NCBI GenBank assembly: GCA_016200265.1
Contig: JACQFE010000003.1
Coordinates: forward strand, 1,126 to 65,125
Direction: 5' to 3'
DNA length: 64,000 bases
Source of the DNA: Planctomycetota bacterium
GTDB lineage: Bacteria; Planctomycetota; Phycisphaerae; UBA1845
Made by a program: the position numbers and the translations under genes. Positions 37,691 through 48,407 of the stretch are shown one piece after another. The notes below the pieces were generated by a model. It was not told where the DNA came from, searched no databases, and saw only the letters and a list, made by a program, of their open reading frames with translations. Each line of letters starts with the position of its first letter. The stretch's first letter is position 1.

Positions 37691-38193
37691 GGCTCTTCTG
37701 ACTCATCATCGGTGGTCGTGTCGTCGTTGGGTTGCTGCTCGGATCCATCCGTCGGCTCATCGGCCGTGGGTTCATGCCCTTCACCATGTTTCGCCGGCGA
37801 CTCGGCCCCGCCATGCATTGCCTGAATCGCGCTCATGTCGAGATATTTCAAACCGCCCTTCTCATACAGCTTGCCCTTGGCCTCCACTTGCTGGAGCGCC
37901 AATGGAATGATCATTCTCGACGGGCCTTTGTCGCCCGATCCAAGAATGACCAGGCCTTCCGGAGTTTCAACCGCAGCAGCGGCGCCGGCCCGAAAACTAT
38001 CCTGTGCGGCGCGAACGGGATCGTCGCCCTGGGTCTTTCCGGTCATGAACGAATGCACATCGACGAGCTTGCCCTTCACTGTTGTGTCGAGGCCGCGCGT
38101 CTCCCGCTTCTTCGGCCCCGCAACCCCTAGCGAGCCTGCGATTGCGATCACAACGACAATCATCATCAATTGAGGCATGAAACGGCGACGCAT
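37687..38193 (-). CDS. Secreted OB-fold-like hypothetical protein with acidic tail
   Basis: Signal peptide, TVKGKLVD...VEAKGKLYEKGG, D/E-rich end. Confidence 0.7.
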   Translation of the reverse strand: MRRRFMPQLMMIVVVIAIAGSLGVAGPKKRETRGLDTTVKGKLVDVHSFMTGKTQGDDPVRAAQDSFRAGAAAAVETPEGLVILGSGDKGPSRMIIPLALQQVEAKGKLYEKGGLKYLDMSAIQAMHGGAESPAKHGEGHEPTADEPTDGSEQQPNDDTTTDDESEEP

Positions 38194-38495
38194 AATGAAA
38201 TCTCCAAGCGCGACAACTTCAGGATTCTGCTTCCGGCATCGAGTCTTTTTTTGACCCGCCGTGTCCCGGAAATCCATTTCTGAACCTCCGTGGAATCGGC
38301 ACAGGCGATTATACCGCCAAAATCTCAAGCCGACGCCATGAACGTCCGAAAATCGGTTGGCGATCCAAAGACGTGACCTGTGACCACAAGTCATTAGGAA
38401 CAGGCGTTGCGTGTCCATCGAACACGTCGCCGAAATCGTGAATGAACGCCCGGAGTGGATTTTCCTGACCAGTTTGCAACACTAGAGTAACAGCG

Positions 38496-39527
38496 ATGCT
38501 TCGTGAAACGCTTGCGTGCCTGAACGATCCAGATTCCGGCGAAATCCTGCGCCTCGCCGCACTGAAAGCAAATGGCGGAGATGTAATTGATGGTGAGCTG
38601 ACCGGAAAGGGTGGCCAGAAGTTTGCGATCCGCCAGGGGATTCCCAGTTTCGTTCCTGCAGACGTTGCCGCTCGGCAAACGACCCGGTCGTTCGCCCAAA
38701 AATGGGCCAAGCACCATTACTATCGCGAGCACACCAATCGCTTTTACACCGATTGGTATCTGCAGCGATATGGATTCTTCGAGAAGGAATCGCTCCGTGA
38801 ATTCCTAAGCGGAACACGCCGCATCCTCGACGCGGGAACCGGTGCCGGGCGCGACGCGGCCAACTTCGCCACGCTCAGTAACGCCGATATCTTCGCCGTG
38901 GATACCTCGATCGAGGCGTTGGAAATCGCCCGACGAAATATACTGGAACCGCGCGTGCATTTTATCCACGCGGACCTGCACAAGCTCCCGTTTCCAAACG
39001 AGTTCTTCGACTTCATCAACTGCGATCAGGTAATCCACCATACACCCGATCCGCACGCCGCCTTCAAGGTGCTGACGAAGAAGCTCAAGTCCGGTGGTCG
39101 AATTTGCTGCTACGTCTATCGCAAGAAAACGCCCATTCGCGAATTCACGGATGACCTGGTGCGAGCGCGGATCAGCAAGCTGAGCGCGGACGAAGCACTT
39201 CAACAATGCGAAGCAATTACGCGATTTGGCCAGAAGCTCGCCGAATTGAAATTGAGTGTCGAGATCGAAGAGGATATTCCGGCTCTTGGCATCTCACGCG
39301 GCGCTGTCGACATCCAGCGGCTGTTTCACTGGAACATTTTCAAATGCTTCTGGAACGATGAGTTCGATTTCTTCACCAACAACATCATCAATTTTGATTG
39401 GTATCACCCGGAATTCTGCTTCCGATTTATGCCCGATGAATTCCGCTCATGGTTCGCGGAGGGCTGGGAAATTGAGGCCTGGGACTCTCAGGAAGCGGGC
39501 TTAAGTTGTCGTGCGCGGAAGAAGTAA
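38496..39527 (+). CDS. Class I SAM methyltransferase with Trm112-like N-terminus
   Basis: FAIRQGIPSF, ILDAGTGAG, ADLHKLPF, FDFINCDQVIHH. Confidence 0.9.
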   Translation: MLRETLACLNDPDSGEILRLAALKANGGDVIDGELTGKGGQKFAIRQGIPSFVPADVAARQTTRSFAQKWAKHHYYREHTNRFYTDWYLQRYGFFEKESLREFLSGTRRILDAGTGAGRDAANFATLSNADIFAVDTSIEALEIARRNILEPRVHFIHADLHKLPFPNEFFDFINCDQVIHHTPDPHAAFKVLTKKLKSGGRICCYVYRKKTPIREFTDDLVRARISKLSADEALQQCEAITRFGQKLAELKLSVEIEEDIPALGISRGAVDIQRLFHWNIFKCFWNDEFDFFTNNIINFDWYHPEFCFRFMPDEFRSWFAEGWEIEAWDSQEAGLSCRARKK

Positions 39528-39573
39528 ATCGTCGCTCGGATGCGGCCGCGAAAGCGCTTGAATTGAGGCTGAC

Positions 39574-41319
39574 ATGTGTGGAATTCTCGGCGGCGTGAAC
39601 ACAAGCTTCGATGATTCCAATCTGTCACGCCTTGCGCATCGTGGTTCGGACCAGCAGGCCTTCCTCAATCTGAAATCCAATCCGCGGTTGACGATCTCGC
39701 TAGGGCAAACGCGGCTCAACGTCGTCGATCGAAATAACGTCAATCTGCCGCTCCAACGCGATGGTCGGTCCATCGTCATGAACGGACAGATTTACAATCA
39801 TGCCGAACTTCGCGCGGAGCTTGAGTCTTTTGGCGCGAAATTCGAAACGCATACAGACATCGAAGTCGCTCTGGCGGCTTATCAACAATGGGGCATGGAA
39901 TGCCTGAAACGATTCAACGGAATGTTTGCTCTTGCGATCTGGGACGGCGAGCGGTTCTTCTGCGCCCGTGACCGCATGGGTCAAAAGCCCTTCTTCTATC
40001 GCATAGCGCGTGGAACATTCGAATTCGCATCGGAAATCAAGGCGTTTGACAATCTGGAATATGCCGGCGACGAAATATTCGATCTCTTCGAATTCTGCTT
40101 TGACGAGCGTACGCTCTATCAAGACATTCTATCCCTCCGGCCCGGCCACTGGCTTGTTTTCGACGCTCAAACCGCGGCCTGTCGAACCGGCGCCTATTGG
40201 AATTTGGATGAGTGCGCGGAGGGCGTGATTTCGGATGAAAGAGCGGCATTGAACCATTTCATTGAATTGCTTGAGGATTCGGTGCGTCTGCGGATGCGTG
40301 CGGACGCGGCGATTTCGATGTTTCTCGCAGGCGGACTCGATTCTTCGCTGATCGCCGCACTCGCACGTCCGGAAGAGGCGTTTACGTGTCAGTTCGATGA
40401 ATTTCGCGAACGAATCAATGAGGAACAATTCGCATCCGATCTTGCCTTGAGGTTGGGAATCCGTTTGCAAGTCATCCGCCCGACGCGCCGTCAGTTTCTC
40501 GACGACTTTTCGGCCATGAGCCGTCATCTGGAAATGCCGACCGGCTCATTCAGCGTGTTTCCGATTTACCGTCTCGCGGCGACTGCACACGATGCGGGTT
40601 ACAAAGTCATTCTTACCGGCGACGGATCCGATGAATTGTTCGCCGGGTATGTGCGAAGTGAATTGCTTCTTCGCGAATCCACCGGGCCCAATGACACCAA
40701 GTCGGCGCATTATGCATCCATGATGCGGCGCTATCAGGGCGACGCATTGGATCGATATTGCAGAATGGCCTCGCGATCGGGATTGATCGGCGCGGGGCTG
40801 ATGAAGATTCGCCTGGCCGATCTCTGGACGTCTCGGCGCTCGACGGTCCAAAACATGTGCCACATCGAAAGCCGAATCTTCCTGCAGCCGCTTCTGCAAA
40901 TGGCGGACCGTATGTGCATGGCCCACGGCGTTGAGAATCGATGCCCGTTCCTCGATCATCGCATCATCGAATTTGCGTTTTCGTTGCACGATTCGCTGCG
41001 GTTTCGCGATGGAACCGGCAAGTGGATCGTCCATCGTGCGGCGGAAAAAGTGTTACCGCGAGGATCGCTCGCCCTCACGCGGACGGTGAAAGACGGATTG
41101 CCCACGCCGGTCAATGAATGGCTTTTTGGCCGCCCCGGATTCGATCGACGGCATTGGAATGCGTTGCTGCTTTCCGAGTGCATCCGAAGTCTCATGTCAC
41201 GCGGCGCGGCATTAGAAAATGCGGCCACGATTATGGAACGACCCATTAGCGACCTTCTCCCGGTTCATTCACCCCACGAAACTCCATTTGATTCGCATCT
41301 TTGGAGCATGGCGACTTGA
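39574..41319 (+). CDS. asnB: Asparagine synthase (glutamine-hydrolysing)-like amidotransferase
   Basis: N-terminal MCGI, NGQIYN, RDRMGQKP, FASEIK, GGLDSS, GDGSDELFAGY, ENRCPFLD. Confidence 0.92.
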   Translation: MCGILGGVNTSFDDSNLSRLAHRGSDQQAFLNLKSNPRLTISLGQTRLNVVDRNNVNLPLQRDGRSIVMNGQIYNHAELRAELESFGAKFETHTDIEVALAAYQQWGMECLKRFNGMFALAIWDGERFFCARDRMGQKPFFYRIARGTFEFASEIKAFDNLEYAGDEIFDLFEFCFDERTLYQDILSLRPGHWLVFDAQTAACRTGAYWNLDECAEGVISDERAALNHFIELLEDSVRLRMRADAAISMFLAGGLDSSLIAALARPEEAFTCQFDEFRERINEEQFASDLALRLGIRLQVIRPTRRQFLDDFSAMSRHLEMPTGSFSVFPIYRLAATAHDAGYKVILTGDGSDELFAGYVRSELLLRESTGPNDTKSAHYASMMRRYQGDALDRYCRMASRSGLIGAGLMKIRLADLWTSRRSTVQNMCHIESRIFLQPLLQMADRMCMAHGVENRCPFLDHRIIEFAFSLHDSLRFRDGTGKWIVHRAAEKVLPRGSLALTRTVKDGLPTPVNEWLFGRPGFDRRHWNALLLSECIRSLMSRGAALENAATIMERPISDLLPVHSPHETPFDSHLWSMAT

Positions 41320-42119
41320 TGGCCGCCTTATCATCTTCACAACGATCAGAGCGTGCGTTGAGCATCATCGCGCCGTGTTTCAATGAGGAAGGCAATATCG
41401 ATGCGCTGGTACAGCGGGTGCTTGCGGCTCTTGACGCGATGCATTGCGACGCGGAGTTGATTCTGATCGACGACGGCAGCTCGGATGCAACCTGGAACAG
41501 AATTCAAACTCGTGAAGCACAAGACGGCCGGGTGCATGGCGTTCGGCATTCGACGAATCGCGGCATCGTGCCAGCCTGGCGCACGGGATTGGCGGCGGCG
41601 CGCGGCACACTCGTCTGCTTGATCGATTCGGATTTGCAGAATCGACCTGAAGACATTTCACGGCTTTATGACACCTACGTCGAAGGCGGCGCGGACATCG
41701 TTCAAGGTGTTCGACATGCCGCGATTGGTGTGACACGACTTCGATTGTTTAGCCGCGGGCTAAACCTGCTCTTAAACCTCATGTTCTGTTCACGCCTGCG
41801 TGACAACAAATCCGGCTTTGTGCTTTGTGAGCGGACGACGCTGGAGCGCATTCTTTCGCACCGTTACCAGTATCGCTATTTTCAAAGCCTGATCGGCGTG
41901 TCCGCGCTTGCGAATGGACTGCGGATCGCGGAAGTGGACACGGTGTTCGAGCCGCGAGTCTCCGGCCAATCGTTTCTTTCGCGATTTCCCGTCATTGTCT
42001 CGCTGCGAATTGTGTGGGAGCTCTTGAAGTTTCGCGTGGAGACACTTTTTCACGCTTCTGAAAATTCCCTCGCACGGCCCGTTCGGCACATCGAGCCACT
42101 GGTTTTCCCCGAAAGCTAG
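41319..42119 (+). CDS. Glycosyltransferase family 2 (ArnC/DPM-like)
   Basis: IIAPCFNEEGNI, IDDGSSD, IDSDLQNRPED, DIVQGVR, EPRVSGQS. Confidence 0.9.
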   Translation: MAALSSSQRSERALSIIAPCFNEEGNIDALVQRVLAALDAMHCDAELILIDDGSSDATWNRIQTREAQDGRVHGVRHSTNRGIVPAWRTGLAAARGTLVCLIDSDLQNRPEDISRLYDTYVEGGADIVQGVRHAAIGVTRLRLFSRGLNLLLNLMFCSRLRDNKSGFVLCERTTLERILSHRYQYRYFQSLIGVSALANGLRIAEVDTVFEPRVSGQSFLSRFPVIVSLRIVWELLKFRVETLFHASENSLARPVRHIEPLVFPES

Positions 42120-42123
42120 ACCG

Positions 42124-42807
42124 ATGACGATGGAATTGAACTCACACGATGTTCGAGCACTAAACGACAAACTTGCACTCCGTCACGATATTGATGCATA
42201 TTATGCGGAATCAAACTTCGCGATCCGCTGGATAGAGGCCGCAAGATTACGCTGGATCGCGGCGACGGCGAATGTGCAACCCGGGGAGCGCGTCCTCGAA
42301 GTCGGTTGCGGCGGCGGACACATTCTCAAGATGTTTCCACAAGCGGAACTCACTGGCGTCGATGTATCCGGCCGTATGCTTGAAAAATCACGCCGCAATC
42401 TGTCCGGCTTCCGCGTGAATTTGTTGCAAGGCGAATTGGAAGAAGTTCGGCTCCCGGCCGAGAGCTTCGATGTCATCGTGTGCAGCGAAGTGCTCGAGCA
42501 CGTTGTAGATCCCGATGAAATGCTACGCTCGATGAGACGCCTCTTGCGACCCACCGGCCGCGCGATCATCACCATCCCCAATGATCACCTGATCGAATCG
42601 TTGAAGCGGACGATTGTGCAGACGGGACTGAGCCATCTGCCGATGTTCCGCCGCATCTCCTGGGGCGGCGATGAATTCCACCTGCACCGATGGACGCTCG
42701 CCGAAGCGAGCGAATTGATCTCCCGCGAATTCGCCATTCACCGATGCGTTGCAATTCCGTCTCGCTTCTTATCCATTCGCCGCGGTTTTCAGTGTCACGG
42801 CAAGTAA
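42124..42807 (+). CDS. Class I SAM methyltransferase
   Basis: VLEVGCGGG, GVDVS, FDVIVCSEVLEHVVDP, ITIPN. Confidence 0.9.
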   Translation: MTMELNSHDVRALNDKLALRHDIDAYYAESNFAIRWIEAARLRWIAATANVQPGERVLEVGCGGGHILKMFPQAELTGVDVSGRMLEKSRRNLSGFRVNLLQGELEEVRLPAESFDVIVCSEVLEHVVDPDEMLRSMRRLLRPTGRAIITIPNDHLIESLKRTIVQTGLSHLPMFRRISWGGDEFHLHRWTLAEASELISREFAIHRCVAIPSRFLSIRRGFQCHGK

Positions 42808-42821
42808 GATCCCGGATTCTC

Positions 42822-45053
42822 TTACTGGGTCTTCTCTTTCGCTTTGCCGCTTTGATCCGCGGTGGCAGGAACAAGATTGTCCACGTTCATGTTCAACGTC
42901 TTGACCAGAAACGCCCAGCGATCGGCGGACTCTTCGATGATTTTTGACGTCGGCTTGCCCGCGCCATGACCGGCCTTGGTTTCGATGCGTATCAGCGTCG
43001 GATTCGGTCCGGAGTTTGCCTCCTGGAGGGCGGCCGCAAACTTGAAGCTATGTGCGGGCACGACGCGATCATCGTGATCGGCCGTCGTCACCATTGTCGC
43101 CGGATACTTCGTGTTCGGCTTGATGTTATGAAGCGGCGAGTATTTGATCAGCGCCTTGAAGTCCTCATCGTTGTCCGCTGAGCCGTAGTCCGAGGTCCAT
43201 GCCCAGCCAATCGTGAATTTGTGGAAGCGGAGCATGTCCATCACGCCGACTGCGGGCAGTGCAGCCCCATACAAATCCGGTCGCTGGGTGATGCACGCAC
43301 CGACGAGAAGTCCGCCGTTGCTTCCGCCGCCAATGGCGAGCTTGGGAGTCGATGTGTATTTGTTGGCAATCAGCCATTCCGCGGCCGCAATGAAATCATC
43401 GAAACAATTCTGCTTCTTGAGCTTCTTGCCGCCGTCGTGCCAATCCTTGCCGTATTCGCCGCCGCCGCGAATATTCGCGATCGCATACACGCCGCCCATT
43501 TCCATCCACACGACGTTTGAAACGGAGTACGACGGCGTGATTGAAATATCGAAGCCACCATAACCATAAAGGAATGTGGGATTATTTCCGTCGAGCTTGA
43601 TCCCCTTCTTATGGGTGATGAACATCGGAATCTTCGTGCCGTCTTTGCTGTTATAGAAGACTTGCTTCGTCTCGTAATCGTCGGGCTTGATCATCATTTT
43701 CGGTTGCTTGAAGACCGAACTCTTTCCGGCGGCCACGTCATAACGGAAAATTGTGGCGGGATAAGTGAAACTGGTATACGAGTAGAACGTCTCCTTGTCG
43801 CCCATTTTTCCGCCGAAGCCGCCGGCGCTGCCGATGCCCGGCAACTCCACTTCTCCAGCCGGTTTGCCATCGGTTCCATAGGTCTTGATCACCGAGCGTG
43901 CATCCTTCAGATAAGACGCGAAGAACTTGCCACCAACAGCCCCCACTCCTTGTAACGCGTCCGCAGTCTGCGGAATAACTTCCTTCCAATTGGCTCGCTC
44001 CGGCTTGGCCGTGTCAATTGCGATCAGCCGCGAGCGCGGCGCATCAAGATCAGTTCGGAACCAGAACGTCGTGCCGTCGTTGTCGACAAAATCGAACTGA
44101 GCTTCCCAATCCTTGATCAGCTCGACGACCGGCCCATCGGCCTTTTGAAGGTCCTTGTAGAAAATCAGATTCTTTCGTTCAGTGCCGTGCGAAATCGTGA
44201 TGATCATATACTTGCCGTCGTCCGAGACGTTGCCGCTGAATTCCCATTCCTTCTCGTCCTTGCGTTCATAGACAAGCTTGTCATCTGACTGCGGCGTGCC
44301 CAGCTTGTGATAGAAGAGCTTCTGGAAATAATTCGTGCCCTTGAGTTCCTCGCCAGCCCTCGGCTCATCGTACCGGCTGTAGAAAAATCCTTTGCCATCG
44401 TGGGTCCACGATGCCCCGGAAAATTTCACCCACTTGATCAAATCGTCGCGGTCCTTACCGGAATCAATATCCTTCACCCGCCATTCCTGCCAGTCCGAGC
44501 CGGATGCCGAAAGCCCGTAGGCCAACAGCTTTCCGTCTTCGCTAATATCCATGCCAGACAGTGCCACAGTTCCGTCACTCGAAAGAGTATTCGGATCGAG
44601 CAGAAGCTTCGGCTCTTCGGACAGCGAAGGCGTCCAATACATCACGCTCTGATTCTGTAGCCCGTTGTTCTTGCTGAAGAAATATCGCCCACCGTGCTTG
44701 GAAGGCGTGCCGTATCGCTCGAAGTCCCACATCTCCGTGAGGCGCTGCTTGATCTTGTCGCGGCCGGCGATCTTTTCGAGAAAGCCGAACGTCAGCTTGT
44801 TCTCCGCGTCGATCCAGCCCCTGGACTCCGGCGAATCCGGGTCTTCGAGTTTGCGGAATGGATCGGCGACTTTCGTGCCGTGATAATCATCCGTCTGATC
44901 GCACTTCGGCGCACTGGGATAGGCGATCTTGTCTTCGGCCCGCGCCGCAGCCCCCATCGCAGCAAGCGTGAAGATCGCAAGCGCGAGCATACTTACCCGC
45001 GATTTGTTCCCAAATAGTTTCAAATAGCTGACGTGAATTCTTGAATCGATCAT
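42822..45053 (-). CDS. Prolyl oligopeptidase (S9A), secreted
   Basis: DPFRKLED, YGYGGF, RGGGEYG, GGSNGGLL, DHDDRV, KAGHG catalytic triad context. Confidence 0.96.
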   Translation of the reverse strand: MIDSRIHVSYLKLFGNKSRVSMLALAIFTLAAMGAAARAEDKIAYPSAPKCDQTDDYHGTKVADPFRKLEDPDSPESRGWIDAENKLTFGFLEKIAGRDKIKQRLTEMWDFERYGTPSKHGGRYFFSKNNGLQNQSVMYWTPSLSEEPKLLLDPNTLSSDGTVALSGMDISEDGKLLAYGLSASGSDWQEWRVKDIDSGKDRDDLIKWVKFSGASWTHDGKGFFYSRYDEPRAGEELKGTNYFQKLFYHKLGTPQSDDKLVYERKDEKEWEFSGNVSDDGKYMIITISHGTERKNLIFYKDLQKADGPVVELIKDWEAQFDFVDNDGTTFWFRTDLDAPRSRLIAIDTAKPERANWKEVIPQTADALQGVGAVGGKFFASYLKDARSVIKTYGTDGKPAGEVELPGIGSAGGFGGKMGDKETFYSYTSFTYPATIFRYDVAAGKSSVFKQPKMMIKPDDYETKQVFYNSKDGTKIPMFITHKKGIKLDGNNPTFLYGYGGFDISITPSYSVSNVVWMEMGGVYAIANIRGGGEYGKDWHDGGKKLKKQNCFDDFIAAAEWLIANKYTSTPKLAIGGGSNGGLLVGACITQRPDLYGAALPAVGVMDMLRFHKFTIGWAWTSDYGSADNDEDFKALIKYSPLHNIKPNTKYPATMVTTADHDDRVVPAHSFKFAAALQEANSGPNPTLIRIETKAGHGAGKPTSKIIEESADRWAFLVKTLNMNVDNLVPATADQSGKAKEKTQ

Positions 45054-45404
45054 TGAACTGTCCTTTCGTTCAGAGCGAGCCCACATACGATGAATCGCCG
45101 CATCCCGGCATGTGGTGCCATCAGACGCCGGAATTTTAGTGGCTAATGTCACTCACCCCAACATCCGCTGCGTCAGAACATGTAACTCAGTCGTGTGGAA
45201 TCGCAATAGGGTGCGTCGAGAATTTGCCCCCTTCCATGGAAATCAACCATTATGCGTCAATGGAAATTCGATTTTCAACGTGCAAGAGTGCATCCCGCCT
45301 GAATTTTCCCGAAAACCGACCAATCGATGCGGCTGTTTCGTTGATACGCGACGAATGACAATTCAATGCCGATATAGTGATCGAAGCCAGAGAATTGGTG
45401 ATCC

Positions 45405-45839
45405 ATGGCGATTCCTAGCAACATCAGCTCTGCCGCTCTTGTCCACGAGATCATGAGCAGGGATTTGCACACGTTGCTCCTCGATGATTCATTACGCACC
45501 GCCACCCGGCTCTTCCGAGACGAGAAATTTCATCACGCGATCGTGCTCGAAAAGACCCGAGTCTTCGGCGTCGTGTCCGACCGCGACATTCTAAAAGCTG
45601 TCAGCCCGTTCGCGGACAATCCGCTCATGGCCCGGCCGCAGGACCTGGGCACACTCAACAAGCGCGTGCATCAGATCATGACGCGGAAGCCCGTGACGAT
45701 CGGGCCGAGTGAAACCATCGTGGCCGCGGCGCAGAAAATGATTGATGAAGACGTCTCCTGCCTGCCGGTCGTCGAGGAGTCCGGGGAATTGGTGGGCATC
45801 ATTACACTTCGCGACCTGGCCAAGCAGTTTCTGCTCTGA
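45405..45839 (+). CDS. CBS-domain protein
   Basis: Two CBS repeats: VHEIMSR...GVVSDRDI and VHQIMTR...LPVV...LVGIITLRDL. Confidence 0.92.
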   Translation: MAIPSNISSAALVHEIMSRDLHTLLLDDSLRTATRLFRDEKFHHAIVLEKTRVFGVVSDRDILKAVSPFADNPLMARPQDLGTLNKRVHQIMTRKPVTIGPSETIVAAAQKMIDEDVSCLPVVEESGELVGIITLRDLAKQFLL

Positions 45840-46391
45840 TTGTGATCCGTCGATACGACCTCACGTTCATTGAACCTCGGCAAGTCAAATCCGAGCCGAA
45901 TCAAAAGTCATGCCTTGCGAACTCACTTCCGTTGGTCACTAAAGCACTTAACACTCATGTGCAGCGTCGGGGCTTGTCCCCGACGGCGAAATCTCGGCGT
46001 CACCCACAAGGGGTGACAATACAGCTGACTGTTAACCGCTCTAAGGGTTTGACGCTTCTGAAGGGAAATCGCCCGTTGGGCATTCTCGCTGTCTTAATTT
46101 TCTGTTTTCAAAAAGTCCAGTTGGGAAGATGCGTCGACCCGGCGGAAGATCTTGTGATTCTCGAACATTGCGGAATTTCACCCATTCCTGTGTAAATTTC
46201 CGCAGAAGCGGTTGCGGGTCGGGAAGTCTCATGACCATGTTCCAGCCATGTTGAGGCCAAATCGCTGGCGGAACACGACTTGCCATCTATACTCGCATGA
46301 TTTTGGCCGGTTGGCGCCTTGGTGGAGAAATCCATGCAAAAGGCGACGCGAAACCCGAATTCAAGAAAACTGACGCAACAGGAGGACCCAG

Positions 46392-48293
46392 GTGCAGGAA
46401 TCAAAGCACTCCGTGACGTTTGTCTGGCGCAATTCGCTCACCATGATCGGGGGCGTGGGCATGGTTTTGGTGCTCTTGTTCATGGTCGGGTTTCTGATCG
46501 TAGACATGGTCGCTGCGCAGCAAAATCCGTACATCGGAGTGTTTACCTTTCTCGTGTTTCCGGTGCTGGCCGTCGTTTTTGCCGCCGTCGCCATCCTGGG
46601 AATCCTACGAAGCCGGCGACACATCAAGCGTATACTCGGGAACGGCGGCGCTTATCATTATTATCCGCACATCGACTTCACCAATCCAAGGCACCGTCGT
46701 TTTCTGGCCATCGCGGCCGGAGGATTGGCGATGATCGTGCCGATGATCGGCGTGCTCAGTTATCAAGGATACCATTACACGGACTCCAACCAGTTTTGCG
46801 GCGCCGTCTGCCATACGGTCATGCAGCCACAATACGTAGCCTATCAGCAGTCGCCGCACGCCCACGTGGGATGCGCGGAGTGTCACATCGGTTCCGGGGC
46901 GAGCTGGTACGTGAAGTCAAAACTCTCAGGAATCCGCCAGGTTTTCGCGGTGGCGCTCGAGACCTATCCGCGTCCCATTCCACCGGCCATTCAAGAGTTG
47001 CGTCCGGCGACTGAGACATGCCGTCAATGCCATTGGCCTGCGAAGTTCTTCGGGGATCAGCTCGTCAGCATTGATCATTTCGCCTCCGACGAAACCAACA
47101 CGCATTCTCGGGTTCGCATGCTTCTAAAGACCGGAGGAAGCGATCCTTCGACCGGGCCGCCGTCGGGCATTCACTGGCACATGGCCCTCGGCTTTAGCAT
47201 CGAATACGTCGCCAGCGACAAGCATCTGCAGGATATTTCCTGGGTGAAGATGACCGATCGAAACACTGGGAAGGAGGCGGTGTATCGATCCGATGGATTG
47301 AAGTCATCGGACCCCATGCCGCCCGGAACGCATCGAACCATTGATTGCATGGACTGCCACAATCGCCCGACGCACATCTTCCGCTCGCCGGACCGCTCCG
47401 TCGACGCCGCCTTAAACGTACACACCTCTCTGCAAACTCTGCCATTCGCCAAGCGTGAACTCGTCGCGGCGCTAAGCCGACCCTATGCGAGCAAGGATAA
47501 AGGCCTTTCCGAAATCACGAACACGCTTCCCGCCTTTTACGAGCGAGAGCATCAGGAAATCTGGCGAAAACGAAAGGCCGATGTGGATCAACTTGTCAAG
47601 GTCGCCCGTGACCTCTATTCCACTGCCTTTTTTCCTGAAATGAACGTCTCGTGGCGCACGTATCCGGACAACATCGGGCACAAGATCTTCCCCGGCTGTT
47701 TTCGCTGTCATGACGGTCTGCACAAGGACGACCGAGGCGTCACCATTCCCCATGACTGCGGTACTTGCCACGAATTTCTGCAGCCTGCCGACCACGACGG
47801 CGCGGACGTCAAACTCGTCGGCATCGGCGGATTCAAACATCCGATTGAACTCGAAGGCTCACATGCCACGTTGCGTTGCGATCGCTGCCATACGGGTGGG
47901 CCTTCTCCGCAACCGACGTGCGCGGGCTGCCATTCGACGGTGGCTGAATTCCGCAATGGATCGTTGAGTGCGTTCAAACGATTTGGCATTCAGGCAGATC
48001 CAATGGCCGACAAAGTGGATTGCAAGGATTGCCACGATCTCAGCAAGCCGCGGACGCTCGAAGTGATGAACGAAAAATGCATGGACTGCCATAGTGACGA
48101 GCAGGAAAAATATGACGGCATGTTGGCTACATGGCACACGGAAAGCCGCCAGATGCTGGCAAAGGACATCTCCCGCAATCCAGAAGGAAAGGACATTCTC
48201 GATTTGTTGAAAAAAGCAGGCCCGTATCACAACATGACCGCGTCGAGGAAGATCATGTCCTCGTTAGCGCCGGCTAAGAACGAGTCACAATAG
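46392..48293 (+). CDS. NapC/NirT-like membrane-anchored decaheme cytochrome c
   Basis: GGAGG RBS, three N-terminal TM segments, 9 CxxCH plus 1 CxxxCH (CGAVCH), VKSKLSG NapC motif. Confidence 0.9.
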   Translation: MQESKHSVTFVWRNSLTMIGGVGMVLVLLFMVGFLIVDMVAAQQNPYIGVFTFLVFPVLAVVFAAVAILGILRSRRHIKRILGNGGAYHYYPHIDFTNPRHRRFLAIAAGGLAMIVPMIGVLSYQGYHYTDSNQFCGAVCHTVMQPQYVAYQQSPHAHVGCAECHIGSGASWYVKSKLSGIRQVFAVALETYPRPIPPAIQELRPATETCRQCHWPAKFFGDQLVSIDHFASDETNTHSRVRMLLKTGGSDPSTGPPSGIHWHMALGFSIEYVASDKHLQDISWVKMTDRNTGKEAVYRSDGLKSSDPMPPGTHRTIDCMDCHNRPTHIFRSPDRSVDAALNVHTSLQTLPFAKRELVAALSRPYASKDKGLSEITNTLPAFYEREHQEIWRKRKADVDQLVKVARDLYSTAFFPEMNVSWRTYPDNIGHKIFPGCFRCHDGLHKDDRGVTIPHDCGTCHEFLQPADHDGADVKLVGIGGFKHPIELEGSHATLRCDRCHTGGPSPQPTCAGCHSTVAEFRNGSLSAFKRFGIQADPMADKVDCKDCHDLSKPRTLEVMNEKCMDCHSDEQEKYDGMLATWHTESRQMLAKDISRNPEGKDILDLLKKAGPYHNMTASRKIMSSLAPAKNESQ

Positions 48294-48380
48294 GTCGCAA
48301 CGGGACGTAGCCAACAGGATGGTCCTATAATTTCATAGTTCTCGCGGATTGACATTTTTTTTCGGTGGATTGCCTTATAA

Positions 48381-48396
48381 CGGCACGCAAATTGCT
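48381..48396 (+). promoter_or_regulatory. sigma54 (-24/-12) promoter
   Basis: CGGCACG-CAAA-TTGCT matches TGGCACG-N4-TTGCW at all but the first base. Confidence 0.75.
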
Positions 48397-48407
48397 ACTC
48401 ATCAGAC

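Noticed and set aside
46269-46284. Second sigma54 site CGGAACA-CGAC-TTGCC upstream of the NapC-like gene
   Set aside because: GG-N10-GC spacing is right, but the -24 box matches only 4 of 7 bases. Too weak to call without conservation data.
48349-48381. sigma70 promoter TTGACA...TATAAC
   Set aside because: The spacer is 21 nt, too long. The adjacent sigma54 motif fits much better.
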